Assembly: GCA_043827405.1 (NCBI GenBank)
Contig: JBDRPD010000050.1
Location: forward strand, 1 to 64,000
Length of the DNA stretch: 64,000 nucleotides
Direction of reading: 5' to 3'
Source of the DNA: Elusimicrobiota bacterium
GTDB taxonomy: Bacteria > Elusimicrobiota > Elusimicrobia > UBA1565
Below are positions 15,626 to 25,327 of this stretch, piece by piece; position 1 is the stretch's first letter, and the number at the start of each line of letters is the position of its first letter. The position numbers and the translations under genes are program-made. A model generated the notes under the pieces. The model was not told the origin of the DNA and did no database searches. It saw only the letters and a program-made list of their open reading frames with translations.

Positions 15626-17956
15626 CTATTTCTTCCCCGCCAACGCCAGGGCGATCTTCTCGGCGGTCAGCGGCATGGTTTTGATGCGCCGGCCCACCGC
15701 GTCGTCGACCGCGTTCGCCACGATCGCCGCCGACGGAATCATGGTATGCTCACCCACGCCGCGCGCGCCGAAAGGTCCGTCGGGCTGCGGCGTCTCGAGG
15801 ATGATGGATTCGATCCGGTTCGGTATATCCAGCGCGGTCGGGATCTTGTAGTCCGTAAAGTTGGGGTTGAGCAGCCGCCCCTTGGCGTCAAAGCGCATGT
15901 CCTCGTAGAGCACGGTGGCCAAACCCTGGACCATGCCGCCCACTATCTGGCCCTCGATCATCGCCGGGTTGATCGCCTTGCCGACATCCGCCGCCAATAC
16001 CGCCTTGAGGATCTCGGTCTTTCCGGTCTCCTTGTCTATCTCGAGCTCAACAGCGGCCGCGCCCACCGTGTAGTGCACATTGGGCTTGCCGCCCTGGCCG
16101 GTTTCGGGATCGCCGAGCGCCGAAGAAAACTCCGGCATAAACATGCCGCTGGCCATGATCGGTCCGCCGCGGAAGGAGCCGTCCTTCATCATAATGCCGT
16201 TGATGACGAAGTCCCGCAGCGGCAGAGCGAATTTGGGATCGGTCGTGCTCTTGACCTTCTCGTCTTCCAGGTACAAGGTGTCGCGCTCCTTGCACAGCGC
16301 CCGCTGCACCAGGTCGAAGATCTTGTCGCGCGCCTCGATCGCGGCTTTCTTCACCGCATTGCCGCAGCCCCAGGTCACGTGCGAGCCGACGGTCTGCCAT
16401 TCGTAGGCGTTGCGGTCGGTATCCGGCGTCTCGACGCGGATTTTCTCCGGCGGCACCGAGAGGATCTCGGCCGCGATCTGGGCCATCGCCGTCAGGTAGC
16501 CCTGGCCGATTTCCATCCCGGAGACCAGCAGGTTGAGGCTGGCGTCCTCGTTGAACTTGAGGAACGCCGCCGACGAAGCGTTGGGCGGCATGGCGGGCGC
16601 CTTCCACAGCAGAGAGAAACCCTTGCCCACCGCCTTATGCGGCGCGCTGGGCTTGGACTTCTTTCCCCAGCCGATTTTGGCGGCCACCATGTCGATCGCC
16701 ATCTGCAGGCTGCCGGAGTTCATCTTCCCGCCGTAAGGCAAAACGTCGCCCTCCTTGATCGCGTTCTTCCTGCGGAAAGCCACCGCGTCCATCCCCAGCT
16801 TCTTGGCCATGCGGTTGATATGGGATTCCAGACCGAAGTGGTATTCGGAGTAGCCGAAGCCGCGGTACGGGCCGCCCGGCGGCAGGTTGGTGTAGACGCA
16901 GATGGAGTCGATCTTGATATTCGGCACCCGGTAGGGACCGGTGGCCGACAGGCCGACCGCATTAACCACATTGGCGCCGTATTCGACGTAGGCGCCCGCA
17001 TCCCAATGCAGCGTATGCTCGAGCGCGGTAATGGTGCCGTCCTTCGTCGCTCCCATTTTAATGCGCGCCGTCAGTCCTTGCCGCTGATAGGTGTTGTAGA
17101 ACTCCTGTTCACGGGTCCAGCGCAGCTTGACGTGCCGGCCCTTGACCGTGGTCGCCAGCGCCGCGCCCAAAATCTCCATCGAGACGCCGGCTTTGCCGCC
17201 GAAGCCACCGCCGACATACGGCGTGACGACCCGGACGTCTTTATGCGTAAGGCCCAAAGGCGCCAGCGCCTCGGCGAAGGCGTTTCTCTGGGTGAACGGC
17301 GACTGCGAGGCGGACCACAGCGTGAGCCGCTTGGCCTCGTCGTAGAGGCCGACGATCACATGCGTCTCGATGGCGCAGTGCGCATAGCGCGGCACGCGGT
17401 AGGTGTCCTCGATCACCACATCCGCCCGGCGGAAGGCCTTGGCGGTGTCGCCCCGGCGGGTCTTGCGCCAGTGCGCGATATTCGTTTTGGCCCGGGGAAA
17501 GAACCACGGCACATGCGGATAGCTTCCCAGGTCCGGATGGACCAGAGTGGAGCCCTTCCTGGTCGCCTTGACGGCGTCTAAAACCAACGGCAGCTCCTTG
17601 TAGGTCACCTTGACCAGCTGGGCCGCGCGCTTGGCGATCTTGGGATTGACCGCGATCACCGCGGCCACCTGCTCGCCGATAAACCGCACCCGGTCCTGGG
17701 CGAAGATATAGCGGTCCTTCATGTAGAGGCCGAACTTGTACGGGAAGTCCTTCCCGGTGACGACCTTGACCACGCCGGGCAGCTTCTCGGCGGCCCGGGT
17801 GTCGATCTTCTTGATGACGCCGTGCGCGACCTTGCTCTCGACGATGGCGGCATGCAGGAGCCCGGGTCCGAAATCCAGGTCATCGACGTACTTGGCCGCG
17901 CCGGACACCTTATCGAGTCCATCGATCCTGCCGACAGATTTGCCGATGAATTTCAT
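15626..17956 (-). CDS. xanthine dehydrogenase family molybdopterin-binding subunit
   Basis: KVSGAAKYVDD, VGGGFGGK, YRGFG, EIGQG, GARGVGE. Confidence 0.93.
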   Translation of the reverse strand: MKFIGKSVGRIDGLDKVSGAAKYVDDLDFGPGLLHAAIVESKVAHGVIKKIDTRAAEKLPGVVKVVTGKDFPYKFGLYMKDRYIFAQDRVRFIGEQVAAVIAVNPKIAKRAAQLVKVTYKELPLVLDAVKATRKGSTLVHPDLGSYPHVPWFFPRAKTNIAHWRKTRRGDTAKAFRRADVVIEDTYRVPRYAHCAIETHVIVGLYDEAKRLTLWSASQSPFTQRNAFAEALAPLGLTHKDVRVVTPYVGGGFGGKAGVSMEILGAALATTVKGRHVKLRWTREQEFYNTYQRQGLTARIKMGATKDGTITALEHTLHWDAGAYVEYGANVVNAVGLSATGPYRVPNIKIDSICVYTNLPPGGPYRGFGYSEYHFGLESHINRMAKKLGMDAVAFRRKNAIKEGDVLPYGGKMNSGSLQMAIDMVAAKIGWGKKSKPSAPHKAVGKGFSLLWKAPAMPPNASSAAFLKFNEDASLNLLVSGMEIGQGYLTAMAQIAAEILSVPPEKIRVETPDTDRNAYEWQTVGSHVTWGCGNAVKKAAIEARDKIFDLVQRALCKERDTLYLEDEKVKSTTDPKFALPLRDFVINGIMMKDGSFRGGPIMASGMFMPEFSSALGDPETGQGGKPNVHYTVGAAAVELEIDKETGKTEILKAVLAADVGKAINPAMIEGQIVGGMVQGLATVLYEDMRFDAKGRLLNPNFTDYKIPTALDIPNRIESIILETPQPDGPFGARGVGEHTMIPSAAIVANAVDDAVGRRIKTMPLTAEKIALALAGKK

Positions 17957-18426
17957 TTCCGCCCCCCGCGCCGGCTCACGTCCATTACGGCCTCGATGAT
18001 CGAAGAGTAGCCCGTGCAGCGGCACAGGTTGCCGGCGATCGCCTCCTGGACCTGCCGCCGCGTCGGGCGGCGGTTTCTTCTGAGCAGCTCGGTGGCGGCC
18101 AGCACCACCCCGGGAGCGCAGTAGCCGCACTGAAATGAATTATGCTTGATGAAGGCCTTCTGCAGCGGAGTCAGGTTCACACGCGAGAGCCCCTCTACCG
18201 TGACGATGGAATGCCCGTCGGCCTCCGCCGCGAGGATCAGGCAGGTGCGCACGGTCTTGCCGTCCATGAGCACGGTGCAGGCGCCGCAGTCGCCGCGCTC
18301 GCAGCCGGCCTTGGGGCTTTTAACGCCCACCTTGTCGCGCAGGACGTCGAGCAGCCCGTCGTTGGGCTCGACGTCGACCGACGTCTTCTCGCCGTTGAGC
18401 TTGAATGTTATGGTCAGCTTTCTCAT
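17953..18426 (-). CDS. xanthine dehydrogenase family 2Fe-2S subunit
   Basis: GCERGDCGACTV, QCGYCAPG, NLCRCTGY. Confidence 0.93.
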   Translation of the reverse strand: MRKLTITFKLNGEKTSVDVEPNDGLLDVLRDKVGVKSPKAGCERGDCGACTVLMDGKTVRTCLILAAEADGHSIVTVEGLSRVNLTPLQKAFIKHNSFQCGYCAPGVVLAATELLRRNRRPTRRQVQEAIAGNLCRCTGYSSIIEAVMDVSRRGGRK

Positions 18427-18434
18427 GGCGCCTC

Positions 18435-19304
18435 CTATACCACGCTCTCGCCGTAAGCGGGACCGCGCCCGGCGAGCCGCTTGACCGCGGCGTCGAACGC
18501 GCGCTCAAGCATCACCTTGGTCATGAGCGTCCGATATTCCTTCGAGGCGCGCAGATCGGTGATCGGCGAGATCTCCTGAACTACCATGCGCTTGGCCTGG
18601 GCGATGCCGGCGGCGAGCGCCTTCTCGACTTTGCGTGAACGGAACGGCCGGCAGTGCAGGGCGCCGAAAGCCACGCGGTACTTCTTGCGCGCAAAGGCCA
18701 GCACCCCGACGCTGGCCTGCGCCAGGTCCTCTCCCTTGTAGCGGCGGAGCTTGGCATAGCAGGCGCCGTGCCGCTCCGGCGCCGGGATCTCGAGACCCAG
18801 CGCGATCTCATCGTCGCGCAGGTCGGGCCGCCGGTTGCCGATGAACCACTCGTGGATCGGAACGCGCCGCTCGCCCTCCCGGCCCCGCACGACGACATCG
18901 GCGAAGTAGAGCAGCAGCGCCGGGCCGCCGTCGCAGCACGGCACCGCGGCGCAGATATTGCCGACCAGAGTCGCGCGGTTGCGCAGGCCGAAAGAGCCGA
19001 CATTGCCGGCGGCCTCCCACAGCAGCGGCAGCCGTTTCTTGATCAGGGGCGAATCGATAATGTCGTTGTAGGTGGCCAAAGCGCCGATATGGATGGTCCC
19101 CCGGCGCAGGCGGATGGTCCCGAGCTCGCGCAGGCCCTTGATGTCCACCACGGCCTTGGGCTTGAGCATATCCTCGCGCATCATCCCCACCAGATCGGTT
19201 CCCCCCGCCAGCACGCGGGCGCCGGCCCCATGCTCATCGAGGATTCTCAACGCGGCCTTAAGCGTCTTCGGTTTGAAGTATTCGAACTCGCAAGCGATCG
19301 CCAT
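18435..19304 (-). CDS. xanthine dehydrogenase family FAD-binding subunit
   Basis: LAGGTDL, RNRATLVGN, PITDLRASKEYR. Confidence 0.93.
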   Translation of the reverse strand: MAIACEFEYFKPKTLKAALRILDEHGAGARVLAGGTDLVGMMREDMLKPKAVVDIKGLRELGTIRLRRGTIHIGALATYNDIIDSPLIKKRLPLLWEAAGNVGSFGLRNRATLVGNICAAVPCCDGGPALLLYFADVVVRGREGERRVPIHEWFIGNRRPDLRDDEIALGLEIPAPERHGACYAKLRRYKGEDLAQASVGVLAFARKKYRVAFGALHCRPFRSRKVEKALAAGIAQAKRMVVQEISPITDLRASKEYRTLMTKVMLERAFDAAVKRLAGRGPAYGESVV

Positions 19305-19325
19305 ATCAGCGCTCCTCAAACGGCG

Positions 19326-20144
19326 TTATTTGGGCGGCAGCAGCGCCACGATCCGGCACATGGAAGACTCGAGCTCGATGCCGCGCAGCGGGAAGCACCC
19401 GATCCAGCAGCGCCGGCTGCCGAGCCGGCCGATTTCCCCGCCGAGGTTCTCGGCATGGACAATCCGTTTCGGAAACAGCTTAAGGTGCATCACCTGATAG
19501 TATTCCTTGTAGGGAAACATCTCCTCCCAGGTCTTTCCGTGCTTCTTGGCGAGCTTCGCCTCCGCTTCCTTGAACGGACCCGGGTGCCAGTCTCTGATGA
19601 TGGTGTTCATCGGATGGTCGGCGCTGCCGCAGTCCACGCCGATCCACTTGATCTTTTTCTCGACGCACCATTTATGGAAGTCCGGCCCCGGCCCCGGATG
19701 CTTGACGAAGTAGCGGAGCTCGTCGGAGCCTTTCTGATCCCAGGCATACTTATGATAACCGGTATTGATCACCAGGATGTCGCCCTTTTTGACCTTGACC
19801 TTGCTCTCGATCATCTCGGGCGTGTACAGGTCATAGTCACCGACGTCCTTGGAGATGTCGACGATCACGCCGGGCCCGATCCACTCCTCGAGCGGCACAT
19901 TGCCGATGGAGCGCCCGGAGGCGTGAAAGTGGATCTCCCCGTCCATATGGGTGCCCACGTGGTTGCTGGTGGTGATAATCTGGCCGTTCGCCCCCTGGCC
20001 CATATGCGCGCCGGCCAGCCGCTTGAAGTACTGAATGCCCAAGGGCATATAGCTCGGCCATGGCGGGGTATGGATGCTCAGCCGCTGCGTCAGGTCGCAT
20101 ACCTTAATCTTCCCCATGAACTGTAAAAAATCGTCGATTTTCAT
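19326..20144 (-). CDS. cyclase family (kynurenine formamidase-like) metallohydrolase
   Basis: HVGTHMD motif; GVDCGSADH; HAENL. Confidence 0.9.
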   Translation of the reverse strand: MKIDDFLQFMGKIKVCDLTQRLSIHTPPWPSYMPLGIQYFKRLAGAHMGQGANGQIITTSNHVGTHMDGEIHFHASGRSIGNVPLEEWIGPGVIVDISKDVGDYDLYTPEMIESKVKVKKGDILVINTGYHKYAWDQKGSDELRYFVKHPGPGPDFHKWCVEKKIKWIGVDCGSADHPMNTIIRDWHPGPFKEAEAKLAKKHGKTWEEMFPYKEYYQVMHLKLFPKRIVHAENLGGEIGRLGSRRCWIGCFPLRGIELESSMCRIVALLPPK

Positions 20145-21577
20145 TTTCCGCCTCTCTTAGTGCTGGATTTCGTCCGCAGCCGCGCCGCCAGACCCGCGAA
20201 CGCCTTCTTGAACGGCTCGACCGGCGCATTGAGCACGCCCGCGCCGACCTGCCCGATACCGGGCTTCTTATGGGCCACGCCGGTATCGATGAAGGGCAGA
20301 ATGCCCTTCTCGATCACCTTGACCACGTCGATGCCGGTCGGCGTGCCCCGAAAATCCAGGTACGGTATCTGGTAGACGTTGTTCTCCGCCGCCGTGATCT
20401 CGTACATCTGCTTGGTGTAGCCGATCGCGTCGCTCGCGCTCCCGCCCACGAACTGCACGATCGCCGGCGAGGCCGCGATGGCGAAACCGCCGAGCCCGCC
20501 GGTCTCGGTAATGGCGCTGTCGCCGATATCGGGATTGGCGTCCTTCTTGGTGAAGCCCGGGAAAAACAGCGCGTCCGGCACCAGCGCCGGTCCGGTGAAC
20601 CACTCATCCCCGGTGCCGGCGAGCTGGATGCCGAAATCGGTGCCGTTGCGCGCCATCACCGTCAGAATGCTGGAGCCCTCCACGCCGCGGGCGGCGTCGA
20701 GCACCGCCTTGCTGGCCGGCATGGAGAGATTCAGGAAAAAATGGTCGTTGCCTTGGATGAACTCCAGGACCTCGGCCGCGGTGTTCGTATCGCCGCAGGT
20801 GCGCACGATCGCGGGCGCCAGCTGCCGGTACAGCAGCGAGGTGCCGGCACGATTGCGGTTATGCGCCTCGTCGCCCATATGCAGGGCCTGGGCGATCATA
20901 TTCTTAAGATCGATCTTTCCCAGCAGCTTTACGGCTCGGCGCAGGGTCGGATAGAGGGCGGTCTCCATCCATTTCAACCGCGCGATCACATCCTCGCCGT
21001 AGGCGCCGTAGCGCAGCACCTTGCCCAGCCCCTCATTGAGGGTGCAGTAAGCGCGATTGCCGTGCTCTTCGTTCTTGACCACGAAAACCGGCATCGATGA
21101 CGACATCACCCCCGCCATCGGCCCCACCGAGCTGTGCTCGTGGCACGGCGCGTACTCGATAGCGCCGGAAGCCGCCAAGCGCTCCGCCTCTTGCGGACTC
21201 TTGGCCGCGCCTTCGTAGAGCAGCGCGCCCATGACCGCGCCGCGCATCGGCCCGCACATCCGCTCCCAGGTCACCGGCGGCCCGGCGTGCAGAATCAGGT
21301 TCTTCTTCATCCCCGGGACGACGTCGATGGCCCGCTCCAGCCCGATCAGATGCGGCTTGCCGCCGAGGATCTTCTTGACGACTTTCTGATTGGCCTTCTC
21401 AATCTCGGGGGCCCTGGACCGTATCAGCGCCAGCGCCGTCTCAGCGACGCCGACCGGCGGGCTCCAGTCCACCTGCACCGCCTCCACGCCCTCGCTTTTC
21501 AGGCTGTCCTTGAAGGAAGACAGCCCGACATTGATCACTTTCAAATCCTGGGAAAAAAGACCGCGCAGCTCTTTCAT
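20141..21577 (-). CDS. DUF1116 (YlbE/AllG-like) protein
   Basis: ILHAGPP, PCHEH, VGPMAG, MGDEAHNRN, MARNG, PDIGDSAITE. Confidence 0.9.
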   Translation of the reverse strand: MKELRGLFSQDLKVINVGLSSFKDSLKSEGVEAVQVDWSPPVGVAETALALIRSRAPEIEKANQKVVKKILGGKPHLIGLERAIDVVPGMKKNLILHAGPPVTWERMCGPMRGAVMGALLYEGAAKSPQEAERLAASGAIEYAPCHEHSSVGPMAGVMSSSMPVFVVKNEEHGNRAYCTLNEGLGKVLRYGAYGEDVIARLKWMETALYPTLRRAVKLLGKIDLKNMIAQALHMGDEAHNRNRAGTSLLYRQLAPAIVRTCGDTNTAAEVLEFIQGNDHFFLNLSMPASKAVLDAARGVEGSSILTVMARNGTDFGIQLAGTGDEWFTGPALVPDALFFPGFTKKDANPDIGDSAITETGGLGGFAIAASPAIVQFVGGSASDAIGYTKQMYEITAAENNVYQIPYLDFRGTPTGIDVVKVIEKGILPFIDTGVAHKKPGIGQVGAGVLNAPVEPFKKAFAGLAARLRTKSSTKRGGK

Positions 21578-23124
21578 GATTTTTTATCCTGCAGCAGAAC
21601 GATCTCCCCGGCCAGCCGGCAAGCCGCGGCATTGGTCGGCATAACGACCGCGCCGGCCTTGCGCAAAGTCTCCTCAAGCGCCTTCTTGTCCTGCGGGTCG
21701 CCGTCGGTGCCCGTCACGGAACAGACAATCGCGGCGCTCTTGGCGGCGCGGCCGACCACGGGACCGAGCTCGGCGGCCGGGTCGGGGTTGGCGCCGTAGC
21801 CCAGCACCACGTCGAGCAGAATGACCGCGGTACGGGGGTCTTCCGCCTCCGCCCGAATCCGGCGGTTTCTAAGGGAGTAGTCTATCATAGGGTGGGGCCG
21901 GCCCACCGTGAACTCGTCGGCTCCCATATCGACCACGGTATGCCCGCGGCTCTTGAGGGCATCGCCGAGTTTTTTCGTTTTTCCCGACGGAGCGTTCGAG
22001 TAAAGCGCGCCGAGCATCGGCTCGAGAATCACCTGCGCCTCGCCGCAGAAAGTACCGCCGCTGAAGAGCCCGCGCACGCATTTGCGGCCCCGCGCAAGCT
22101 TGTCCGCCGTCCGCGCCGCCAGGGAATGCTCGCGCGCACCGCCGGCCGCCGCGGCCGGCCAGACCTTGTCGCGCCCCTGCGCCAGCGCCAGCGCCGCCAC
22201 GGCGGCATCCTCCAAGGTGGCGGCGCCGCGCATGCCGTATTTTTTCAGCCCCTCCGGATTGGCCCCCAGAAACACCGCCACCACCGGCTTCTTGACGCGC
22301 TTAAGCTCCCGGCCGATGCGGGCCAACACGTCTTTATGCGGCGGCTTGGAAACCAGCAGAATGACCGCGGTCTCCTCATCATGCGCGAGCGCGCGCAGCG
22401 CCGCGATAAACATGATGCCGCCCACTTCCTTTTTCACGTCGCGGCCGCCGGTGCCGATCGCCTGCGAGATGCCGCCTCCCGAATTGGAGATGATGCAGGA
22501 AACCTCCTGCAGACCCGTACCCGAAGCCGCGACGACGCCGATATTCCCGCGGCGTACCACGTTGGCAAAGGCGAGCGGCGCCCCGTTGATGATGGCGGTA
22601 CCGCAGTCCGGCCCCATAACGAGCAGCCCTTTCTTCGCCGCATACTTCTTCAGTTCGATCTCGGTCTTAAGCGGAACATTGTCCGAAAAGATCATCACGT
22701 GCAGGCCCCGCTCCAAAGCCCGCATCGCCTCGCTCCCCGCGTAGCGCCCCGCCACGGAAATGAGCGCCAGATTGGCGTCCGGAAGCGCTTTGAGCGCGCC
22801 GCCCATGCTCTGCGGACGGAACTCGCCGCCGCCGGCGCTTTTTCGGTGCTTGAGATCATCGAGAAAACCGTCTATTTTCCCCTGAATCCCGCTGACCGCC
22901 TCCTCCGCGCGCGCCTTAACGGCGATAAGCAAATCCGTATCATCGGCGCCGGCGAACTCCGGAAGCAACAGGCCGGAGGCCTTGAGGATCGCCCGGTTCT
23001 CCTTGGTCCCCATAACCACCGCGGCGTCGATCACGCCTTCCATGGCGGACACCTTCTTGCCGACCACCATGAGGCTGACCGAGTCGAAATATTCACCCTT
23101 CTTTATGCGGCCTTTCACGACCAT
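21574..23124 (-). CDS. fdrA: acyl-CoA synthetase FdrA (AllF-like)
   Basis: YFDSVSLM, FSDNV, MGPDCGT, GTGGRD, GRPHPMID. Confidence 0.92.
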   Translation of the reverse strand: MVVKGRIKKGEYFDSVSLMVVGKKVSAMEGVIDAAVVMGTKENRAILKASGLLLPEFAGADDTDLLIAVKARAEEAVSGIQGKIDGFLDDLKHRKSAGGGEFRPQSMGGALKALPDANLALISVAGRYAGSEAMRALERGLHVMIFSDNVPLKTEIELKKYAAKKGLLVMGPDCGTAIINGAPLAFANVVRRGNIGVVAASGTGLQEVSCIISNSGGGISQAIGTGGRDVKKEVGGIMFIAALRALAHDEETAVILLVSKPPHKDVLARIGRELKRVKKPVVAVFLGANPEGLKKYGMRGAATLEDAAVAALALAQGRDKVWPAAAAGGAREHSLAARTADKLARGRKCVRGLFSGGTFCGEAQVILEPMLGALYSNAPSGKTKKLGDALKSRGHTVVDMGADEFTVGRPHPMIDYSLRNRRIRAEAEDPRTAVILLDVVLGYGANPDPAAELGPVVGRAAKSAAIVCSVTGTDGDPQDKKALEETLRKAGAVVMPTNAAACRLAGEIVLLQDKKS

Positions 23125-23999
23125 AAGGCATCTCCATTCCTGAGCGAAAATATGAAGCCCGCCGCCAGGTCCGCTCCCGAGCAGTGCCCCACCGCCAGCA
23201 GGGCATCAGCCCCTTCCCGCACCTCGCGCGTTCCGCCGCCGAGCAGCGCGGCCGCCGCCGCTTTGAGCCGCCCGAAGAACAGCCCTTCCCCGGCCAAATG
23301 CAGAAAAGTCCGCGAAAACACGCCGCCGCCGCGGGCATGGCGGCGTATGGTCCGAATCGCCGCGCCGAAGTCGCGCCCCGACATATTAGCCAAAAAATGC
23401 AGCCCCAACAGCAGCCCCGCCAGAAAATCATCCCCGCTGGGGGTCAGGCCGAAGCCGCAGGCCCCGAGCATGCGTACGCCGGCGGCGGTTTCCCCGTCCA
23501 GCAGGAGCGCGCAGGCGCGCCGCGTGCGCTGCGCCAGCGCACGCGCGAAGCCCGGCCGCAAGCGCGCGACCCGGCGCTCGTCCAGGAGAAATGCCAAGCT
23601 GTCGTCGGGAGCCGCCGACAATATCCGCTGCGCAAACGCCGTCAAGCGGGCGTCGAATCCGGCGCGGCGCGGCGGCAGGTCCCCGGCGCCGGAATGGTAG
23701 ACCGGAACGCCGGCGAGGTCCCAGCGCTTTGCCCCCAGCACAATTTCGCCGGCACCCACCCGCAGGCTTTGCACGCCCTCGGCGCTTAGGCCGGACATGA
23801 CGATATTTAGCGGTCCTTCCCCGACGGCCTCGCCCACCACCGAAACCAGGAACTCCCCGTCGAGGAAGTTCACGGCGCGCGCGAAGCGGGAATGCAGCGG
23901 GAAGACCCCGGCGCGAACGCGGTCGCCGACGCTCAGGATGCTCTCATGCGCGTTGGCAAGCGGTCGCAGGCTCGTCTTTGCGTGGCTGGTCTGAAGCAT
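23115..23999 (-). CDS. DUF2877 (YlbF/AllH-like) protein; start uncertain
   Basis: HSRF...VN, GFGLTPSGDDFLAG, VGHCSGADLAAG. Confidence 0.85.
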   Translation of the reverse strand: MLQTSHAKTSLRPLANAHESILSVGDRVRAGVFPLHSRFARAVNFLDGEFLVSVVGEAVGEGPLNIVMSGLSAEGVQSLRVGAGEIVLGAKRWDLAGVPVYHSGAGDLPPRRAGFDARLTAFAQRILSAAPDDSLAFLLDERRVARLRPGFARALAQRTRRACALLLDGETAAGVRMLGACGFGLTPSGDDFLAGLLLGLHFLANMSGRDFGAAIRTIRRHARGGGVFSRTFLHLAGEGLFFGRLKAAAAALLGGGTREVREGADALLAVGHCSGADLAAGFIFSLRNGDALWS

Positions 24000-24082
24000 T
24001 GTCGGCCGGACGCTACGGCTCTGATTGTGGCATATCGTTCTTGGCGAGGACAATACGAACAGAGGTGCTATAATCGGGGGCG

Positions 24083-25327
24083 ATGGAGAACTGTCATTTA
24101 GCGCGGCTGGCGGAGCTGTTCGCGGAACTGGAGCCCGCCATCAAGGCCTTCCTGCCGGAACCCAAGCGCTTCGCTCGCCTGCGCCGGGAACTCGCGGCGC
24201 TGGAATCCCGCTATCCCGATCCCGCCGCGCGGCCGCCGCTTTACGGCATCCCCGTCGGGGTCAAGGACATCTTTCATGTGGACGGCTTCACAACCCGGGC
24301 GGGAGCGCGCGTCCCGGCCGACCTGCTGCAGGGCGAGCAGGCCCGCAGCGTAACCCTTCTTAAGGAAGCGGGAGCCCTGGTTCTGGGCAAGACCGTAACC
24401 ACGGAGTTCGCCTACTTCGCCACCGGGCCGACCCGCAACCCGCACAATACCGAGCACACACCCGGCGGATCTTCGAGCGGCTCGGCCGCGGCCGTGGGCG
24501 CCGGGCTCTGCCCGCTGGCTTTGGGCACCCAAACGATCGGCTCCATCATGCGGCCGGCCGCCTACTGCGGGACATTCGGCTTCAAGCCGACCAGCGGACG
24601 CATACCGCTCGACGGCGTTATTCCCCTGTCGCCGTCCGCCGACCATATCGGTTTTTTTGCCGCCGACGCGGCCTGGGCCAAGCTCGCCGCCGCCGCGCTG
24701 TGCCGGGACTGGGAAAACGACGAAAGGATAGCGGAAAGCGCGCCCTTGGTCCTCGGCGTACCGGAAGGCGACTACATGGAGCGGGCGAGCGCGCGGGCGC
24801 TGCGGCATTTTGCGGATGCCTGCTTCCGCCTGAAGGACGCGGGCGCCAAGCTTAAAACCCTGGACCTGCTGCCGGATTTCGCCGCTATCTCCGCGCGCCA
24901 CGATGATTTGGTCGCGGCCGAGGCGGCGAGCGTGCACCGGGAGTGGTTCGCCGGGCACGCGGCGCTCTACCACGACAAGACCGCCGAGCTTATCCGCCGG
25001 GGTCAAACCATCGAAGGGGCGCGGCTCGCCGAATGCCGCGCCGGCCGCGGCGCCCTGCGCGCCCGGCTCGCCGACGCCCTGGAGCGCCACGGGCTATCCG
25101 CCGTCATCGCGCCCGCCGCCACGGGCCCCGCACCGGAAGGGCTGGCCAGCTCAGGCGATCCGATCATGAACCTGCCCTGGACGCATGCCGGACTGCCGGT
25201 AGCCGGCGTCCCGTCCGGAATGCTCGACGGCCTGCCCATGGGCGTGCAGCTGATCGGCGGCTGGATGCGGGACGAAGCCCTGCTCCGCCTCGCCGCGAAA
25301 GTCGAGACCGTCCTCAAAAACGGCTGA
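24083..25327 (+). CDS. amidase signature family enzyme
   Basis: GIPVGVKD, TPGGSSSGSAAAV, GTQTIGSIMRPA. Confidence 0.92.
   Translation: MENCHLARLAELFAELEPAIKAFLPEPKRFARLRRELAALESRYPDPAARPPLYGIPVGVKDIFHVDGFTTRAGARVPADLLQGEQARSVTLLKEAGALVLGKTVTTEFAYFATGPTRNPHNTEHTPGGSSSGSAAAVGAGLCPLALGTQTIGSIMRPAAYCGTFGFKPTSGRIPLDGVIPLSPSADHIGFFAADAAWAKLAAAALCRDWENDERIAESAPLVLGVPEGDYMERASARALRHFADACFRLKDAGAKLKTLDLLPDFAAISARHDDLVAAEAASVHREWFAGHAALYHDKTAELIRRGQTIEGARLAECRAGRGALRARLADALERHGLSAVIAPAATGPAPEGLASSGDPIMNLPWTHAGLPVAGVPSGMLDGLPMGVQLIGGWMRDEALLRLAAKVETVLKNG

Noticed and set aside
23930..24053. Frameshifted start or purine riboswitch at the DUF2877 gene
   Set aside because: An in-frame ATG exists at 23999 and no riboswitch consensus is recognisable.
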